In this document: positions 19,283 to 29,900 of the stretch, piece by piece
Numbering within the stretch: the stretch's first letter is position 1
Layout of the letters: each line of letters begins with the position of its first letter
Assembly (NCBI GenBank): GCA_965216875.1
Contig: OZ244207.1
Span: 5,728,001-5,792,000, forward strand
Origin: Rubripirellula sp.
Lineage (GTDB): Bacteria > Planctomycetota > Planctomycetia > Pirellulales > Pirellulaceae
DNA length: 64,000 bases
Direction: 5' to 3'
Translations under genes and position numbers: made by a program
Notes under the pieces: model-generated
Told to the model about the DNA's origin: nothing
Database searches by the model: none
The model's input: only the letters and a program-made list of their open reading frames with translations

Positions 19283-19409
19283 CAGTCACCTCGAAAAGAA
19301 AATGTGCTCCTGTCACTATAAAAGAGACACGGGGCAAAGCGACGGCACGGAATTTCCCAAAATGGATTTGTTTTATTAGCTGACCGAACAAGCTTTCAGA
19401 CTGACACCC

Positions 19410-19469
19410 GTAGCTACCTTCGCCAGAAGGTGGTCCGCGATGCTCCCACGCTCTGGCGAGCGTAGCTAC
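19410..19469. repeat. GTAGCTAC-type REP doublet, family C
   Basis: gtagctaccttcgccaga...tctggcgagcgtagctac inverted arms; copies at 26575-26652 and 26766-26843. Confidence 0.8.
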
Positions 19470-19499
19470 GAAGGGCAGCGGATTTCGGGCTAGATTTCA

Positions 19500-21794
19500 T
19501 CACGGCGTCAAATTGGCGACACCCAAAGAATTCCCAAATCCGGCTGCCAATTGATCGATCGACACGCCGTAGTTCTGCAGAATCGCCTCTTCGATCCCGA
19601 TACCCAGTTTCGTGTCGCGATAGAACTGGCCGAACGCGAGCGTGTCCTTGGCCACCAGAAAACGGACCAGCTGACCCGACATCGGCCACCGTGATTGGTC
19701 CAGCTTTGTCGCCTCGATGAGTCCCAACATCGACCCGTTTCGACGCAGGTCCGACACGACGCGATCACGCTGAGTCTTTTCCATTCGAGCGTTCGGAACG
19801 ACTGCGTACTGGACAAGGTTTGCGATCCCCATCTGCAGCCACGGCGTCGATTTCGAATCGGAGTGCAGTCGAGCGGCAAACCCGAGGCTATACCCCCAAC
19901 ATATCCCGCGTGCGAACGCTGGCGTCAACTCCGTCGCAATCGCCGTCTGCAAAAACCGAGTCCGCCCCGACCGAACGCCTGGGCGTCCAGCGTGGTTCGG
20001 ATTGTTCATGACACGTTCTTCGAACGCTGCAAACTTTCGTTTGGTGCTGAAAACGGCCAAGACCGCTTTCCCTCGCCAAATCGAATCACCTTCGGGAATG
20101 CCAAACAACTGATTCAACTGCAAATTGAGCGCATCGACGTAACTTGCCAGTCCACGCACACTCGCTTCGGGATGATCGGTAAAGATCAGCGTCGACTGAG
20201 TCTCCACGACATGAAAGGGACCATCACGCTGCAGCTTCTCGGCTGCCTCTTCCAAGAACTTCTTGTGCTCCGTCGTGGCCTCTTTCTGCTCGTCCTCTTC
20301 CAGCAAGACGCGAAGCGATCGATTGTTGGCGGCCAGCCGGTTGGCTGCCACGGTGTCCGCATCTTTCGAGTGAATCAGGAACAACTGTTTCTGCGGGGCG
20401 AAGTACCGCAGGTGGTACCGCGCAAAGGAACCACGCACACCGATATGAATCGAATAGAGATCGACCGCCTTCACAGTCACCACGCGTCCACTTTCCAACT
20501 CATACTTCAGAAACTTCAAACCGTGTCCGCGGCGATCAAATTGCAACGCTGCCAGCCGCGCTTTTCCAATCGACAACCCCGACTTCATTCGCAAGAAAAC
20601 CGGCATACCAACGAGCGGCGCAAGCTCTTTGTTTTGAACCAATCCATCGAGCACGACGCCTTTCGGGGGAACATTGTCGAGCGGATCGAAGGACTGCGGC
20701 GGGACACCGAGGGCTCTGTCGGCAGCCGGCATCGCCACCTTGGCCGGTTCCAACGCGCTGCGATCAAACGCAAACAAATTGATCTTTGTGCCCACGGCTG
20801 ACGCAATGATGCCTCGATGAACTAGCGCAGCGAGTTGAGAGGTTCCACCCGATTGGTCGACATCGGCAACGGGTTGTTGTGTTCCGCGACGCAATACCAA
20901 CACGCGGTCTTTTCCAGAAACGATCAATTGGTTGTCATCAAGGAATTCGCACCCCATTCCATTTTCCAAACCGGTCGTCCATTCGTGCAGCTTTCCTCGC
21001 GTGGGGGTATCCCAAAGCTTGACCACACCGTCACGATCGATTGAAGCAAGCGACGTTTCCGATGGCGAAAGTCGCAACCGTCGAACGATCGCACCGTGGA
21101 TCCCAAACTCCGCTTCGACCTCACCCGTGCCGGCATCACAGCGAAGGATCTTCGACGGCGCCATCTGCCCCTTGAAAGGCGTCGCAGCGACGTACAACGT
21201 TTCACCATCTCTTGAAAAAACGGCGCCGCCACTGGCCGGCAACGCGTGTCCCACAACAACAATCCGCTTGCCTGTTTCGGCATCGTACACCGCGGCTTTG
21301 CCAACCACACTCGAGGCTGCAATGCGTTTGCCGTCGGCCGAGAACGAAACACGCGTTGGGACGACAGGCGTTTCGACCTGCCAAACCTGTTTGTCACCAG
21401 CGGCGTCGTACAACGTCATCGTTTTCGGAAACGAAGCCGCCAGGACGTACGGTTTGTCGGGCGCAAACGCGACCGCGATCACGGTTGATTTTGATGGTTG
21501 CCACTGACGCAGCTGTGCTTGTTTCGCAAGGTCAAACAGCGTCAATTTCGCACCGGCGTCACCCACGGCGAGCAGCCGCTCGGACGAGTTCACTCGGCAA
21601 GCCACGATCGGACGGTCGGTCGCATCGATCGAGCGAAACGGCTTCAGTTCAAAGTCCTGGGCACGGAGCGAATGCCCAAGTGGAATCACGAGGATCACGA
21701 TCGCAAGACTTGCGATCGCCAGAGAGAGAACGCGAGCAACAGATGGGAGCCGTTTGAGGGCGGCGGCGTCACGATCTTTGGTCACTCGCGTCAT
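19500..21794 (-). CDS. Exported WD40-repeat protein with a degenerate zincin-like C-terminal domain
   Basis: N-terminal hydrophobic segment; VAFAPD, VSFSADGKRIA, FSRDGETL, DGVVKLWD repeats. Confidence 0.8.
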   Translation of the reverse strand: MTRVTKDRDAAALKRLPSVARVLSLAIASLAIVILVIPLGHSLRAQDFELKPFRSIDATDRPIVACRVNSSERLLAVGDAGAKLTLFDLAKQAQLRQWQPSKSTVIAVAFAPDKPYVLAASFPKTMTLYDAAGDKQVWQVETPVVPTRVSFSADGKRIAASSVVGKAAVYDAETGKRIVVVGHALPASGGAVFSRDGETLYVAATPFKGQMAPSKILRCDAGTGEVEAEFGIHGAIVRRLRLSPSETSLASIDRDGVVKLWDTPTRGKLHEWTTGLENGMGCEFLDDNQLIVSGKDRVLVLRRGTQQPVADVDQSGGTSQLAALVHRGIIASAVGTKINLFAFDRSALEPAKVAMPAADRALGVPPQSFDPLDNVPPKGVVLDGLVQNKELAPLVGMPVFLRMKSGLSIGKARLAALQFDRRGHGLKFLKYELESGRVVTVKAVDLYSIHIGVRGSFARYHLRYFAPQKQLFLIHSKDADTVAANRLAANNRSLRVLLEEDEQKEATTEHKKFLEEAAEKLQRDGPFHVVETQSTLIFTDHPEASVRGLASYVDALNLQLNQLFGIPEGDSIWRGKAVLAVFSTKRKFAAFEERVMNNPNHAGRPGVRSGRTRFLQTAIATELTPAFARGICWGYSLGFAARLHSDSKSTPWLQMGIANLVQYAVVPNARMEKTQRDRVVSDLRRNGSMLGLIEATKLDQSRWPMSGQLVRFLVAKDTLAFGQFYRDTKLGIGIEEAILQNYGVSIDQLAAGFGNSLGVANLTP

Positions 21795-21855
21795 CCTCGT
21801 TGGGGGCGTTTCGACAGCAACCCAACGAGTTTAACACGCCATCCGCGGCAATGCG

Positions 21856-23535
21856 TTATTTACCAGCCTTCTTGAGGCTCGCTTCGCGCCGCTCGCGGAA
21901 CTGCGACGAAATCGTGATCGCCTTTTGACGGTCGGCATCGTCGTAGTCCCAGAACTCTTGGACCACCTTTTCGCATTCCGGGTAGTGCGAACCGTCGTCG
22001 CCGACTTCCAAACGCAACTGTGCGAATTGAGCTTTCAATTGGTCGCGAATCACCGCGTGAGCAGGATCATCGTAAAGGTTGTTTAGCTCATCGGGATCGT
22101 TTTGAAGATCGTACAATTCCCAAGCGGGCGGCGTCTGATCTTTGCCGTCGTAGTTGCAGCCATAGAAATAGATCAGCTTGTGGGTCTTGGTTCGGATCGC
22201 CATCTCACCGGGATTGTCGTGGTGAGCCATGTGCATCCAATAGCGATAGTACGCCGCTTGTTTCCAGTCCTCGGGTTCTTTGCCCGTCTCGCAAATGCTG
22301 CGGAACGAACGCCCTTGCATCGACTCGGGAATTTCAGCGCCAGCGAAGTCCAACATCATGACGGGGAAGTCAACGTTTTCGACGATGGCATCACTTCGCG
22401 TGCCAGCCGGAATCGACTTGGGGTAACGAACAATGAGCGGCATCCGTTGTGATGGATCGTAGGCCCAACGTTTGTCCTGGTAGTCCTTTTCGCCCAGCCA
22501 GAAACCCTGATCGCCGGTGTAAATGATGACGGTGTTGTCATACAAGCCCTCGGCCTTGAGGTAATCAAACAGACGTTTCAGATTATCGTCGACACCTTTG
22601 ACGCAGCGAAGGTACTTCTTCAGGTAGGCCTGGTAAGCAAGACGCTTGACTTCGTCGTCCGAAAGGTTCGGGTCCTTGTGATCCCATTTAAACTCTTTCG
22701 GAAACTGTTTTGGCAAATCGACCGCATACGAACGACGTGGGTTGCGGCGTCCAATCGATGTGCCGATGTGAGGCACCAGCTCGTCGTTGTAGCCGCGTGT
22801 CGCAAGCGATCCCCAAGTCGGTGGCATGTGCCACAACGTCTCTGGCTCAGGAACCTCGATGTCGGCCAAATAGGAATCGTAGCGAGGATGACTTTCAAAA
22901 TAGTCGTGCGGCGCTTTGTATTGGTGACAGACAAAGAACGGCTTGTCGGGATCCCGATGGTTCTTGAACCACTCGAGCGTCGAATCGGTGATCACATCCG
23001 ACGAATGCGAACCTGGATACTTCACAACGTTCTTTGGCCAAGGCTTGTCGCCCTGGATGCGAAACTCGGTGTTGAAGTACTTTCCTTGGCCAGGCAAGAC
23101 TTTGTAGTAATCGAAATTCGGCGGCACTTTGAGATGCCACTTACCGATGATCGCCGTCTGATACCCAGCATCTCGCATCGCGATGGGCAACGCTTGTTTC
23201 TCGGGAACGATTTTGCCGCCGAGATCGAAGACACCGTTGATGTGGTCATATTGCCCCGTGATGATGCAAGCTCGAGACGGCGTGCAAATGCCGTTGGTGC
23301 AAAACGCATTGTCGAAACAGATGCCTTCGCGTGCGAGCGAATCGATCGTTGGTGTCGGATTCAACTCTTTCAACAGCGTCGCGTAGGCACCGACCGCTTG
23401 AGCGGTATGGTCGTCCGACATAATGAACAAGATGTTCGGTCGTTCGTTGGCGCCAGATTGTGCGTCATCGGCAAAGACACTCGCTGCAAACATCAGCGGC
23501 ATCAGTAGCACGGATAGCGGTCGGTACATCAGCAT
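21856..23535 (-). CDS. Sulfatase
   Basis: RPNILFIMSDDH, CTPSR, GKWHL, KAPH, GDQG, DKRW. Confidence 0.95.
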   Translation of the reverse strand: MLMYRPLSVLLMPLMFAASVFADDAQSGANERPNILFIMSDDHTAQAVGAYATLLKELNPTPTIDSLAREGICFDNAFCTNGICTPSRACIITGQYDHINGVFDLGGKIVPEKQALPIAMRDAGYQTAIIGKWHLKVPPNFDYYKVLPGQGKYFNTEFRIQGDKPWPKNVVKYPGSHSSDVITDSTLEWFKNHRDPDKPFFVCHQYKAPHDYFESHPRYDSYLADIEVPEPETLWHMPPTWGSLATRGYNDELVPHIGTSIGRRNPRRSYAVDLPKQFPKEFKWDHKDPNLSDDEVKRLAYQAYLKKYLRCVKGVDDNLKRLFDYLKAEGLYDNTVIIYTGDQGFWLGEKDYQDKRWAYDPSQRMPLIVRYPKSIPAGTRSDAIVENVDFPVMMLDFAGAEIPESMQGRSFRSICETGKEPEDWKQAAYYRYWMHMAHHDNPGEMAIRTKTHKLIYFYGCNYDGKDQTPPAWELYDLQNDPDELNNLYDDPAHAVIRDQLKAQFAQLRLEVGDDGSHYPECEKVVQEFWDYDDADRQKAITISSQFRERREASLKKAGK

Positions 23536-23587
23536 CTCTCGCGGTTGGTCTCAAAGCGGTATTTGGGTAGCGATTGCGGTTGTGATT

Positions 23588-23911
23588 CTAATCGGGATCA
23601 GCGAAGCGTCCCAGCGGCGCCGCGACGACTCGGAATCCTTCCAAAGTCACCCCTTCCTCGGCAAGCCGCTCGGCCTGCAGACTCGGGTTGGCTGGTGGCA
23701 GGCGGCCGTCAGAGTAAACGACACGCCACCAGGGCAGATGAGCGGCTCCCGAAAGGACCGTTCCGGCGGCTCGCGACGCATTGGGGCGGCCCGCCAAAGC
23801 TGCAACGTCGCTGTAACTGACCACCTCGCCTTCGCGCAAGCTTTCGACGGCTTCGGCAATCTTGCGATGCAACTCCGTCGGCTCGGGCGATGGGCGTTTG
23901 GTCTTTTTCAA
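23588..23911 (-). CDS. Alkyltransferase-like (MGMT/ATL, YbaZ-type) DNA damage-binding protein
   Basis: GEVVSYSDVAALAGRP.ASRAAG..LPWWRVV (Trp in place of the catalytic Cys); TTG start overlaps the DAHP synthase stop (TTGA). Confidence 0.85.
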   Translation of the reverse strand: MKKTKRPSPEPTELHRKIAEAVESLREGEVVSYSDVAALAGRPNASRAAGTVLSGAAHLPWWRVVYSDGRLPPANPSLQAERLAEEGVTLEGFRVVAAPLGRFADPD

Positions 23912-25254
23912 GCGTTTCTCTTTTCCTGGTCCGCAATCAGGAAAGCGATCTCCATCGCCTGCTCGTAATTCAAGCGAGGGTCGACGTTGCTTTCGTAGGC
24001 ACGTGCCAAGTCGGTCGGACTCAAGCCACCCGCACCACCGATGCACTCCGTCACGTTGTTTCCGGTCAATTCCAGATGAATGCCTCCAACAATCGTTCCT
24101 GCCGCCGCATGGATCGCGAACGACTCGCGGACTTCAGTCAAGATTTGATCGAAGTGACGCGTCTTGATGCCCTCGTCGGTGGTGATCGTGTTTCCATGCA
24201 TAGGATCGATTGTCCAAAGCACAGGATGTCCAGCCGCTTTGACCGTCTCGATCAATTGTGGCAAACACTCGCCAATGCGACTGGCGCCAAATCGGCAAAT
24301 CAACGTCATCCGCCCGAGTTCGCGATTTGGGTTGAGCGTATCGAGCAACTGTTTCAAGTTGTCTGGATCGCAGCTTGGACCAATCTTTAAACCGATCGGA
24401 TTCTTGATGCCGCGGAAGTACTCGACGTGGGCGCCATCGACGTCGCGCGTGCGGTCACCAATCCAAGGATAGTGCGTTCCCAGGTTGTACCAGCCGTCGC
24501 CTCGAATCCCTTGTCGAGTCAGTGATTCCTCGTACGGCAACAACAGCGCTTCGTGCGATGTGTAGAAGTCGACTCGTGAAAGATCGGCGCGCGTCACGCC
24601 GCCGATGACATCGATGAACCGAAGCGAGTCACCAATCCCGCGAACAATTTGATGATAGTCTTCGGAACGCGATGACTGCGTCACGAAGTCGAGTTCCCAG
24701 TTCTCGGGATGATGGATGTCGGCGAAACCACCTTCGGTCAATGCGCGCAGGTAGTTGAGGGTTTGACTCGATCGTTCGTAGGCACCCAACAACAACTCGG
24801 GGCGAGCCTTGCGATCTTCGGGAGTGAACGGACTGCGATTGACGCAGTCGCCTCGGTACGACGGCAGAGTCAGGCCATCTTTGGTTTCGGTGTCGCTCGA
24901 ACGTGGCTTGGCATACTGTCCCGCGATGCGGCCAACTCGGATGACGGGCTTTTGCATTCCATAGACAAGCACCAAGCTCATCTGCAAAAGCACCTTCAGC
25001 TTTTTCTCGATCGGCTCAGCACGACACGCTTTAAAACTCTCGCTGCAATCGCCACCCTGCAACACAAAAGCGCCGCCTTGTTGGGCGAGGGCGAGTTGGC
25101 TTTGCAAACGTTCTACTTCCCAACTGGTCACAAGCGGCGGGCGCTGGCCGAGTGTGTCGACCACGTCTTGCAACGCATTGGGATCGTCGTAGTTGGGCTG
25201 CTGTAGAGCTGTCTTCTTCGTCCAGGACGAAGGCTCCCAGTGATTCATCAACAT
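23908..25254 (-). CDS. Class II DAHP synthase (3-deoxy-7-phosphoheptulonate synthase)
   Basis: LQGGDCSESF, GRIAGQYAKPRS, YTSHEALLL, WIGDRTR, DPMHGNT, HLELTG, DPRLN. Confidence 0.95.
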   Translation of the reverse strand: MLMNHWEPSSWTKKTALQQPNYDDPNALQDVVDTLGQRPPLVTSWEVERLQSQLALAQQGGAFVLQGGDCSESFKACRAEPIEKKLKVLLQMSLVLVYGMQKPVIRVGRIAGQYAKPRSSDTETKDGLTLPSYRGDCVNRSPFTPEDRKARPELLLGAYERSSQTLNYLRALTEGGFADIHHPENWELDFVTQSSRSEDYHQIVRGIGDSLRFIDVIGGVTRADLSRVDFYTSHEALLLPYEESLTRQGIRGDGWYNLGTHYPWIGDRTRDVDGAHVEYFRGIKNPIGLKIGPSCDPDNLKQLLDTLNPNRELGRMTLICRFGASRIGECLPQLIETVKAAGHPVLWTIDPMHGNTITTDEGIKTRHFDQILTEVRESFAIHAAAGTIVGGIHLELTGNNVTECIGGAGGLSPTDLARAYESNVDPRLNYEQAMEIAFLIADQEKRNA

Positions 25255-25642
25255 TTTCGATTACGAAGGGTCGGGTGTTGGGGACGCTGAAATTGTCCCG
25301 GTTTGCGCTTCTCTGAATAGCCGTCTAAAAGGCTCTTTCCAGGCTCCAAAGCGGGGTCAGATCGCGCCCCATGGGGCCTGTCGGGATTCGACTCCACCGC
25401 AGAAGCGGTGTAGCAAAACGAAACAATTGTTCGATTTCGAACGACCGAGTGGCCTGGGGTGGGTGTCGCAAGAAGGCGAAAAGGGCGTGATCTACAACAC
25501 TGCAGCCATGAAAGGGCGTTTGGCACGGGGGATGCTACCCTTTCTTCGCGAAGTTTCGCCTCCAACTTCTCAACCAACGCACGCGCCATCCGGCCGACAT
25601 GCGTCTTCGCTTTATCGTAGTCAAAAGGTGAGATTTCGAGAG

Positions 25643-26491
25643 ATGAAACTAAGAGACTTGTTTTGCTTTTCTTTGACAGCATTCGTCCTGGCACCCCTGT
25701 CCGCCGGCGATTTCGCGGATGCCAAAGCGGCTCGGCAACCGATTCCGCATGACGTGACAGTCCAGGCGGCGGAATTGTTCGCGGCGATTGAAGCCGGGGA
25801 CGTCGAAGCCAAGTTCATCCCGCTTGGTGCCGAGCGTGCCAACGTGCTGCTGACCAACAAAACCGACCGAGTCCTCGGCATCGAATTGCCTGAAGGGATC
25901 GCGGCCGTCCCGATCCTGGGTCAATTCGGCAATCGGTTCGGCGGCAACGGCCTTGGCGGAAATGGTTTCGGGGGCAACGGTTTTGGGGGCAATGGCGCCG
26001 GCGGCAATGGATTTGGAGGCCAACAGTTTGGTGGCCAGCAGGGAGGTGGTGGAACGCAGGGTGTCGGCGGCGGCTTTGGTGGAGTCAACCAAGGTGGCAA
26101 CAATGGCTTCCTTCGTATCCCACCAGGCAAAATGCGCAAGGTCGCTGCGACAACCGTCTGCCTTGAACATGGTAAACCCGAACCGAACCCGCGGATCGAA
26201 TACCGCATGATGCCGATCACCGACTACACATCCGACACGCGTCTTCACAAGCTGTGCGCGAAAGTCGGCACCGGTGAGATCAAGCAAAACACCGGACAAG
26301 CGATCGCGTGGAACCTTGCCAACAACCTCTCCTGGGAACGACTCGCCAAAGAGAATCGCGTTGAATCGCGGTACCTCGGCAACATTCGGCGGTTCACCAA
26401 CAAAGAACTCGAGGATGCGAGAGCGTTCGTATTCGTCGAGTCCTTCAGCGACTTAGCAAACGACGAAACCGATTCCTCCGGCGGACTCTAG
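25643..26491 (+). CDS. Secreted hypothetical protein with a Gly-rich (GGNGF) insert
   Basis: Signal peptide; conserved-looking TVCLEHGKPEP and QAIAW segments around the low-complexity insert. Confidence 0.75.
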   Translation: MKLRDLFCFSLTAFVLAPLSAGDFADAKAARQPIPHDVTVQAAELFAAIEAGDVEAKFIPLGAERANVLLTNKTDRVLGIELPEGIAAVPILGQFGNRFGGNGLGGNGFGGNGFGGNGAGGNGFGGQQFGGQQGGGGTQGVGGGFGGVNQGGNNGFLRIPPGKMRKVAATTVCLEHGKPEPNPRIEYRMMPITDYTSDTRLHKLCAKVGTGEIKQNTGQAIAWNLANNLSWERLAKENRVESRYLGNIRRFTNKELEDARAFVFVESFSDLANDETDSSGGL

Positions 26492-26511
26492 TCCGCGTGG
26501 GTATTACACCT

Positions 26512-26881
26512 ACCTCGTTACCACGCTCAGCGTGGTAACGCACTCTTGGACGCTCCGCGTCCTCATCGTAGGCGGTAGCTACCTTCGCCAGGAGGCGGTT
26601 TGCATCGGCGAAACGCTTGCCACGATCACCACGCTCTGGCGAACGTAGCTACGTTAGTTGTAAGGCCCGACGCTAGCGCGTTCGGCTCACAGATCAGCCC
26701 CCACCTCGTTACCACGCTCAGCGTGGTAACGCACTCATGGACGCTCCGCGTCCTCATCGTAGGCGGTAGCTACCTTCGCCAGAAGGTGGTTTGCATCGGC
26801 GAAACGCTTCCCACGATCACCACGCTCTGGCGAGCATAGCTACGTCAGTTGTAAGGCCCGACGCTAGCGCGTTCGGCTCAC
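26512..26881. repeat. Tandem duplication of a 179-bp composite palindromic element (26512-26690 and 26703-26881; period 191)
   Basis: Near-identical units, each containing cgttaccacgctcagcgtggtaacg, a family C doublet and a family E unit. Confidence 0.9.
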
Positions 26882-26897
26882 GTGAAAAGGCAAAATT

Positions 26898-26918
26898 GTC
26901 ATGCGGAGCATGACCTAC
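26898..26918 (-). repeat. Family B REP
   Basis: gtcatgcggagcatgacctac, identical to 8246-8266. Confidence 0.85.
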
Positions 26919-26926
26919 GGCATCAA

Positions 26927-29900
26927 TTAATTCCGGTGGCAACTGCATCCGACGCCGAGTGTTCCGGTGACGTTGATACTAATGCCACTGGGGTTGCCTT
27001 CCCAATAAAACGGTTCACGCGGCGCACGCGCACCGAAACGGTTCATTCGATTCGTCTCGTAAACGTTACCGTTGGCGATCACGAGTTGAATCTTTTCTGA
27101 ATGGCGAATGTTCTCGGTTGGGTCGGCACCTTTCTTGATCATGATCAAATCGGCAAGTTTTCCCGTTTCGATTGATCCAAGGTCGCCATCGAGTCCCAGG
27201 TACTTGGCGCCGTGCAACGTCCCACTTCGCAGCGCTTCCATTGGCGTCATTCCGCCCTGAACAAAGCTCCACATTTCCCAGTGCGTGCAGATGCCACTGA
27301 GTTGCCCGTGACCACCAGCTTGAACAAGCCCACCATCATCAACCACTTGCTTGGCGATCTCTGCGACACGGATGTGGTTGTAGTCTTCTTTCGGCGACTT
27401 GTTGCGACGCCGAGAACGCGGATTCAGCACATGTGGCGGAATGAAAGTCTGCAATCGCGGGTGCAACCAAAGGTCATCCGTTTCATACCAGTATTGCTCG
27501 CCGGAGATACCACCGTAGGCGACGCTTAGCGTTGGCGTGTAGCCGACCCCGGTGTCTCGCCATAGGTCCATCACGTCGTCGTAGGCGGTCTGGACCGGCA
27601 ACGTGTGTTCGATACCGGTGTGACCGTCGACGATCATCGTCATGTTGTGCATGAAGGTCGACCCACCTTCCGGGACGACCATCATCTCGAGCTCTCGTGC
27701 TGCGGCAACCACTTGCTGTCGTTGATCGCGCCGCGGCTGGTTGTAGCTTTTGACACTGAAAGCTCCGACCGCCTTCATTCGCCTGAGATGAAACTTGGCG
27801 TCGTCCAAACTATCAATCTCGGCTTTGAAGTTACCGGCTGCCCCATAGAGAATCTTTCCTGTCGAAAAGGTACGCGGCGCGGCAATCATTCCTGCCTTGG
27901 TCATTTCGCTAGCCGCAAAGATGCTGTGCGTGTCATTGCTAGGATCATGAATCGTTGTCACACCGAACGCGAGTCGTGCCATGTCGACCCAACTTTGCTG
28001 TGGCGTCAAACCCGATGCCGCTTGCGGGCCGTGCGCGTGAGCGTCGACAAACCCGGGAATGACCACTTGCCCCTTTGCATTGATCACGTACGCGTCTTGC
28101 GGAGGCTTGACCTTGTTGGCGGGCCCCACAGCGGTGATCCGATTGCCTTCGATCACAATCGTTCCATTCTCGATGACGCCGGCTTCTCCCATCGTGACAA
28201 TCTTCGCGCCGACAATCGCGACAGAACCCGTCGGCTTGGCGTGGGCGTGCTTGAACCCGATGGCGACCGACTCCGGTTTGGGCTCATCTTCTTCTTTCGC
28301 TTTGTTGGCTTCGCCCGTCTCTTCTGCCGCGTTTTGCTTGGTCTGCTGCTGGCCCAAGTGCCACGTGTAAAGCGTTGGACCAAGCGCCCAGTGCAAACGT
28401 TGGGAGTCGCCTGAGAAGTGAATGAAGTCGCCCGCCTCCGCGCTCACCTTTTGCACCGGCAGCCCGCTTGCTTGCGGGCCAACCGAGATCGAAGTCCCTG
28501 TATCAACAAACGGCGCGATGTAGACGTTGAACCGCTCAATAAAGGCAATCCACTTTCGATCGGGCGAGATTCGATAGTCGGTTGCCCACTGACTCGTGTA
28601 ATGCTCGCGAACTTCGCCGCCATCGAGATTCATCGAGCAGAGTTTTCGGTTGTCAGCGTCATTGTCTGAGTTTTGCTTCGTGAAAAAGACGCGATCGTTT
28701 GCCGAGGCGAATTGCGGGTTGGCACCTGACGCCGAAACTCGCTCGGCCGTTCCACCGCGAGCCGCGATCCGGTAGATGCCCGTTTCACGAGACCACAGAG
28801 GCGACGTTAGGTAGCCGCCCGATTTCTTTTCGTAGACGACCGTTTCGCCATCCGGTGAAAAACAGGGATTGATGTAATGCCCCGGTTGACTGGTAACGAT
28901 CCAGTTTTCTGACGCATCAGGATCGACCGATGCGACGCGAATCGAGCCAAGGCTTTGGTCATCCCAGGTGCTGTAGACGAGGTAGCGACCGTCGCGTGAA
29001 AAGCTGGGGTAGAACTCAAAATGGTCTGTTTGGTTGGTCAAACGCTTCGGCTGGCCATCAGGCAAGTCGCGAACGTAGATGTGCCCGAGAGCCTGGAAGG
29101 CTACGCGGTCTCCCGCCGGCGCCACCGCGGTCCAACGCAGCATCTTGACGTCGAACTCATCTTCACCCACTGGAATGGGAAAACGCAGTGAGCGTGTGAT
29201 CTTGCGATCATCTTTGATGTGAAAGGGAATCTCTTTAGCTTCGCCCGACTCGACGTCGATGTTGCGAATCTTGCCTTTTGCCCAAACCACAATCGACTTG
29301 CCATCGGGCGTCCAATCGAACGCGCTATAGACACCATGTATCGCCCATGCTTCTTGCATGTCACGTTCAAGCAAGTCATACACCAGCCGTACGGCGCCCG
29401 ATTCGATGTCGAACAAATGCAAACCTGTCTTTGCACCGACGCGTCGGACAAACGCGATCGTTTTGCCATCTGGGGAGGGTGTTGGTCGACACGCTCCGCC
29501 CGGACCACTGATCAACGTCTCCGTCTCGCCCTTTTCCAGATCGAGGCGTTTGATGACGTAGATTCCCTTGTGTGAATCCTTGTCGTACTCAAACGTGTCG
29601 CCGGGCGTTGCGTCTTGCGAGTAGTAGAGGTAGCGACCATCCGGCGAATAGATGGGCTCGTTCACATCCTTTTGGTCATTGGGGCGTTTGGTCAGTTGCA
29701 AACCGCCGGTCGCCTTAAGCTCAACCGCATCGCGGTGAAACAACCACATCTCGCCAGCGCCGAGTGACCGTCGGCTCGTGAAGTGCTTGCGACCAACCAA
29801 ATACTTGCCATCGGGTGTCCAAGCCGGTCCGCTAATCAAACGAAACGTTTCGGTCGTGACTTGAGTGAACGATTCGCCGTCCGCTGTCACGTACCAAAGG

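Noticed and set aside
19695..20801. Long antisense ORFs (368 aa here; also 3595-4362, 22678-23508, 41797-42672 and others)
   Set aside because: Shadow ORFs opposite well-supported genes, as expected in GC-rich DNA
25373..25412. ggggcctgtcgggattcgactccacc resembles a tmRNA 5' end or a tRNA T-arm
   Set aside because: No matching acceptor stem or 3' T-arm/CCA at the expected distance, and no cloverleaf could be built; a covariance-model scan would settle it
26600..26839. 79-aa ORF
   Set aside because: Lies entirely within the palindromic tandem repeat
26512..26881. Possible CRISPR array
   Set aside because: Only two long units, with duplicated rather than unique intervening sequence; no cas genes
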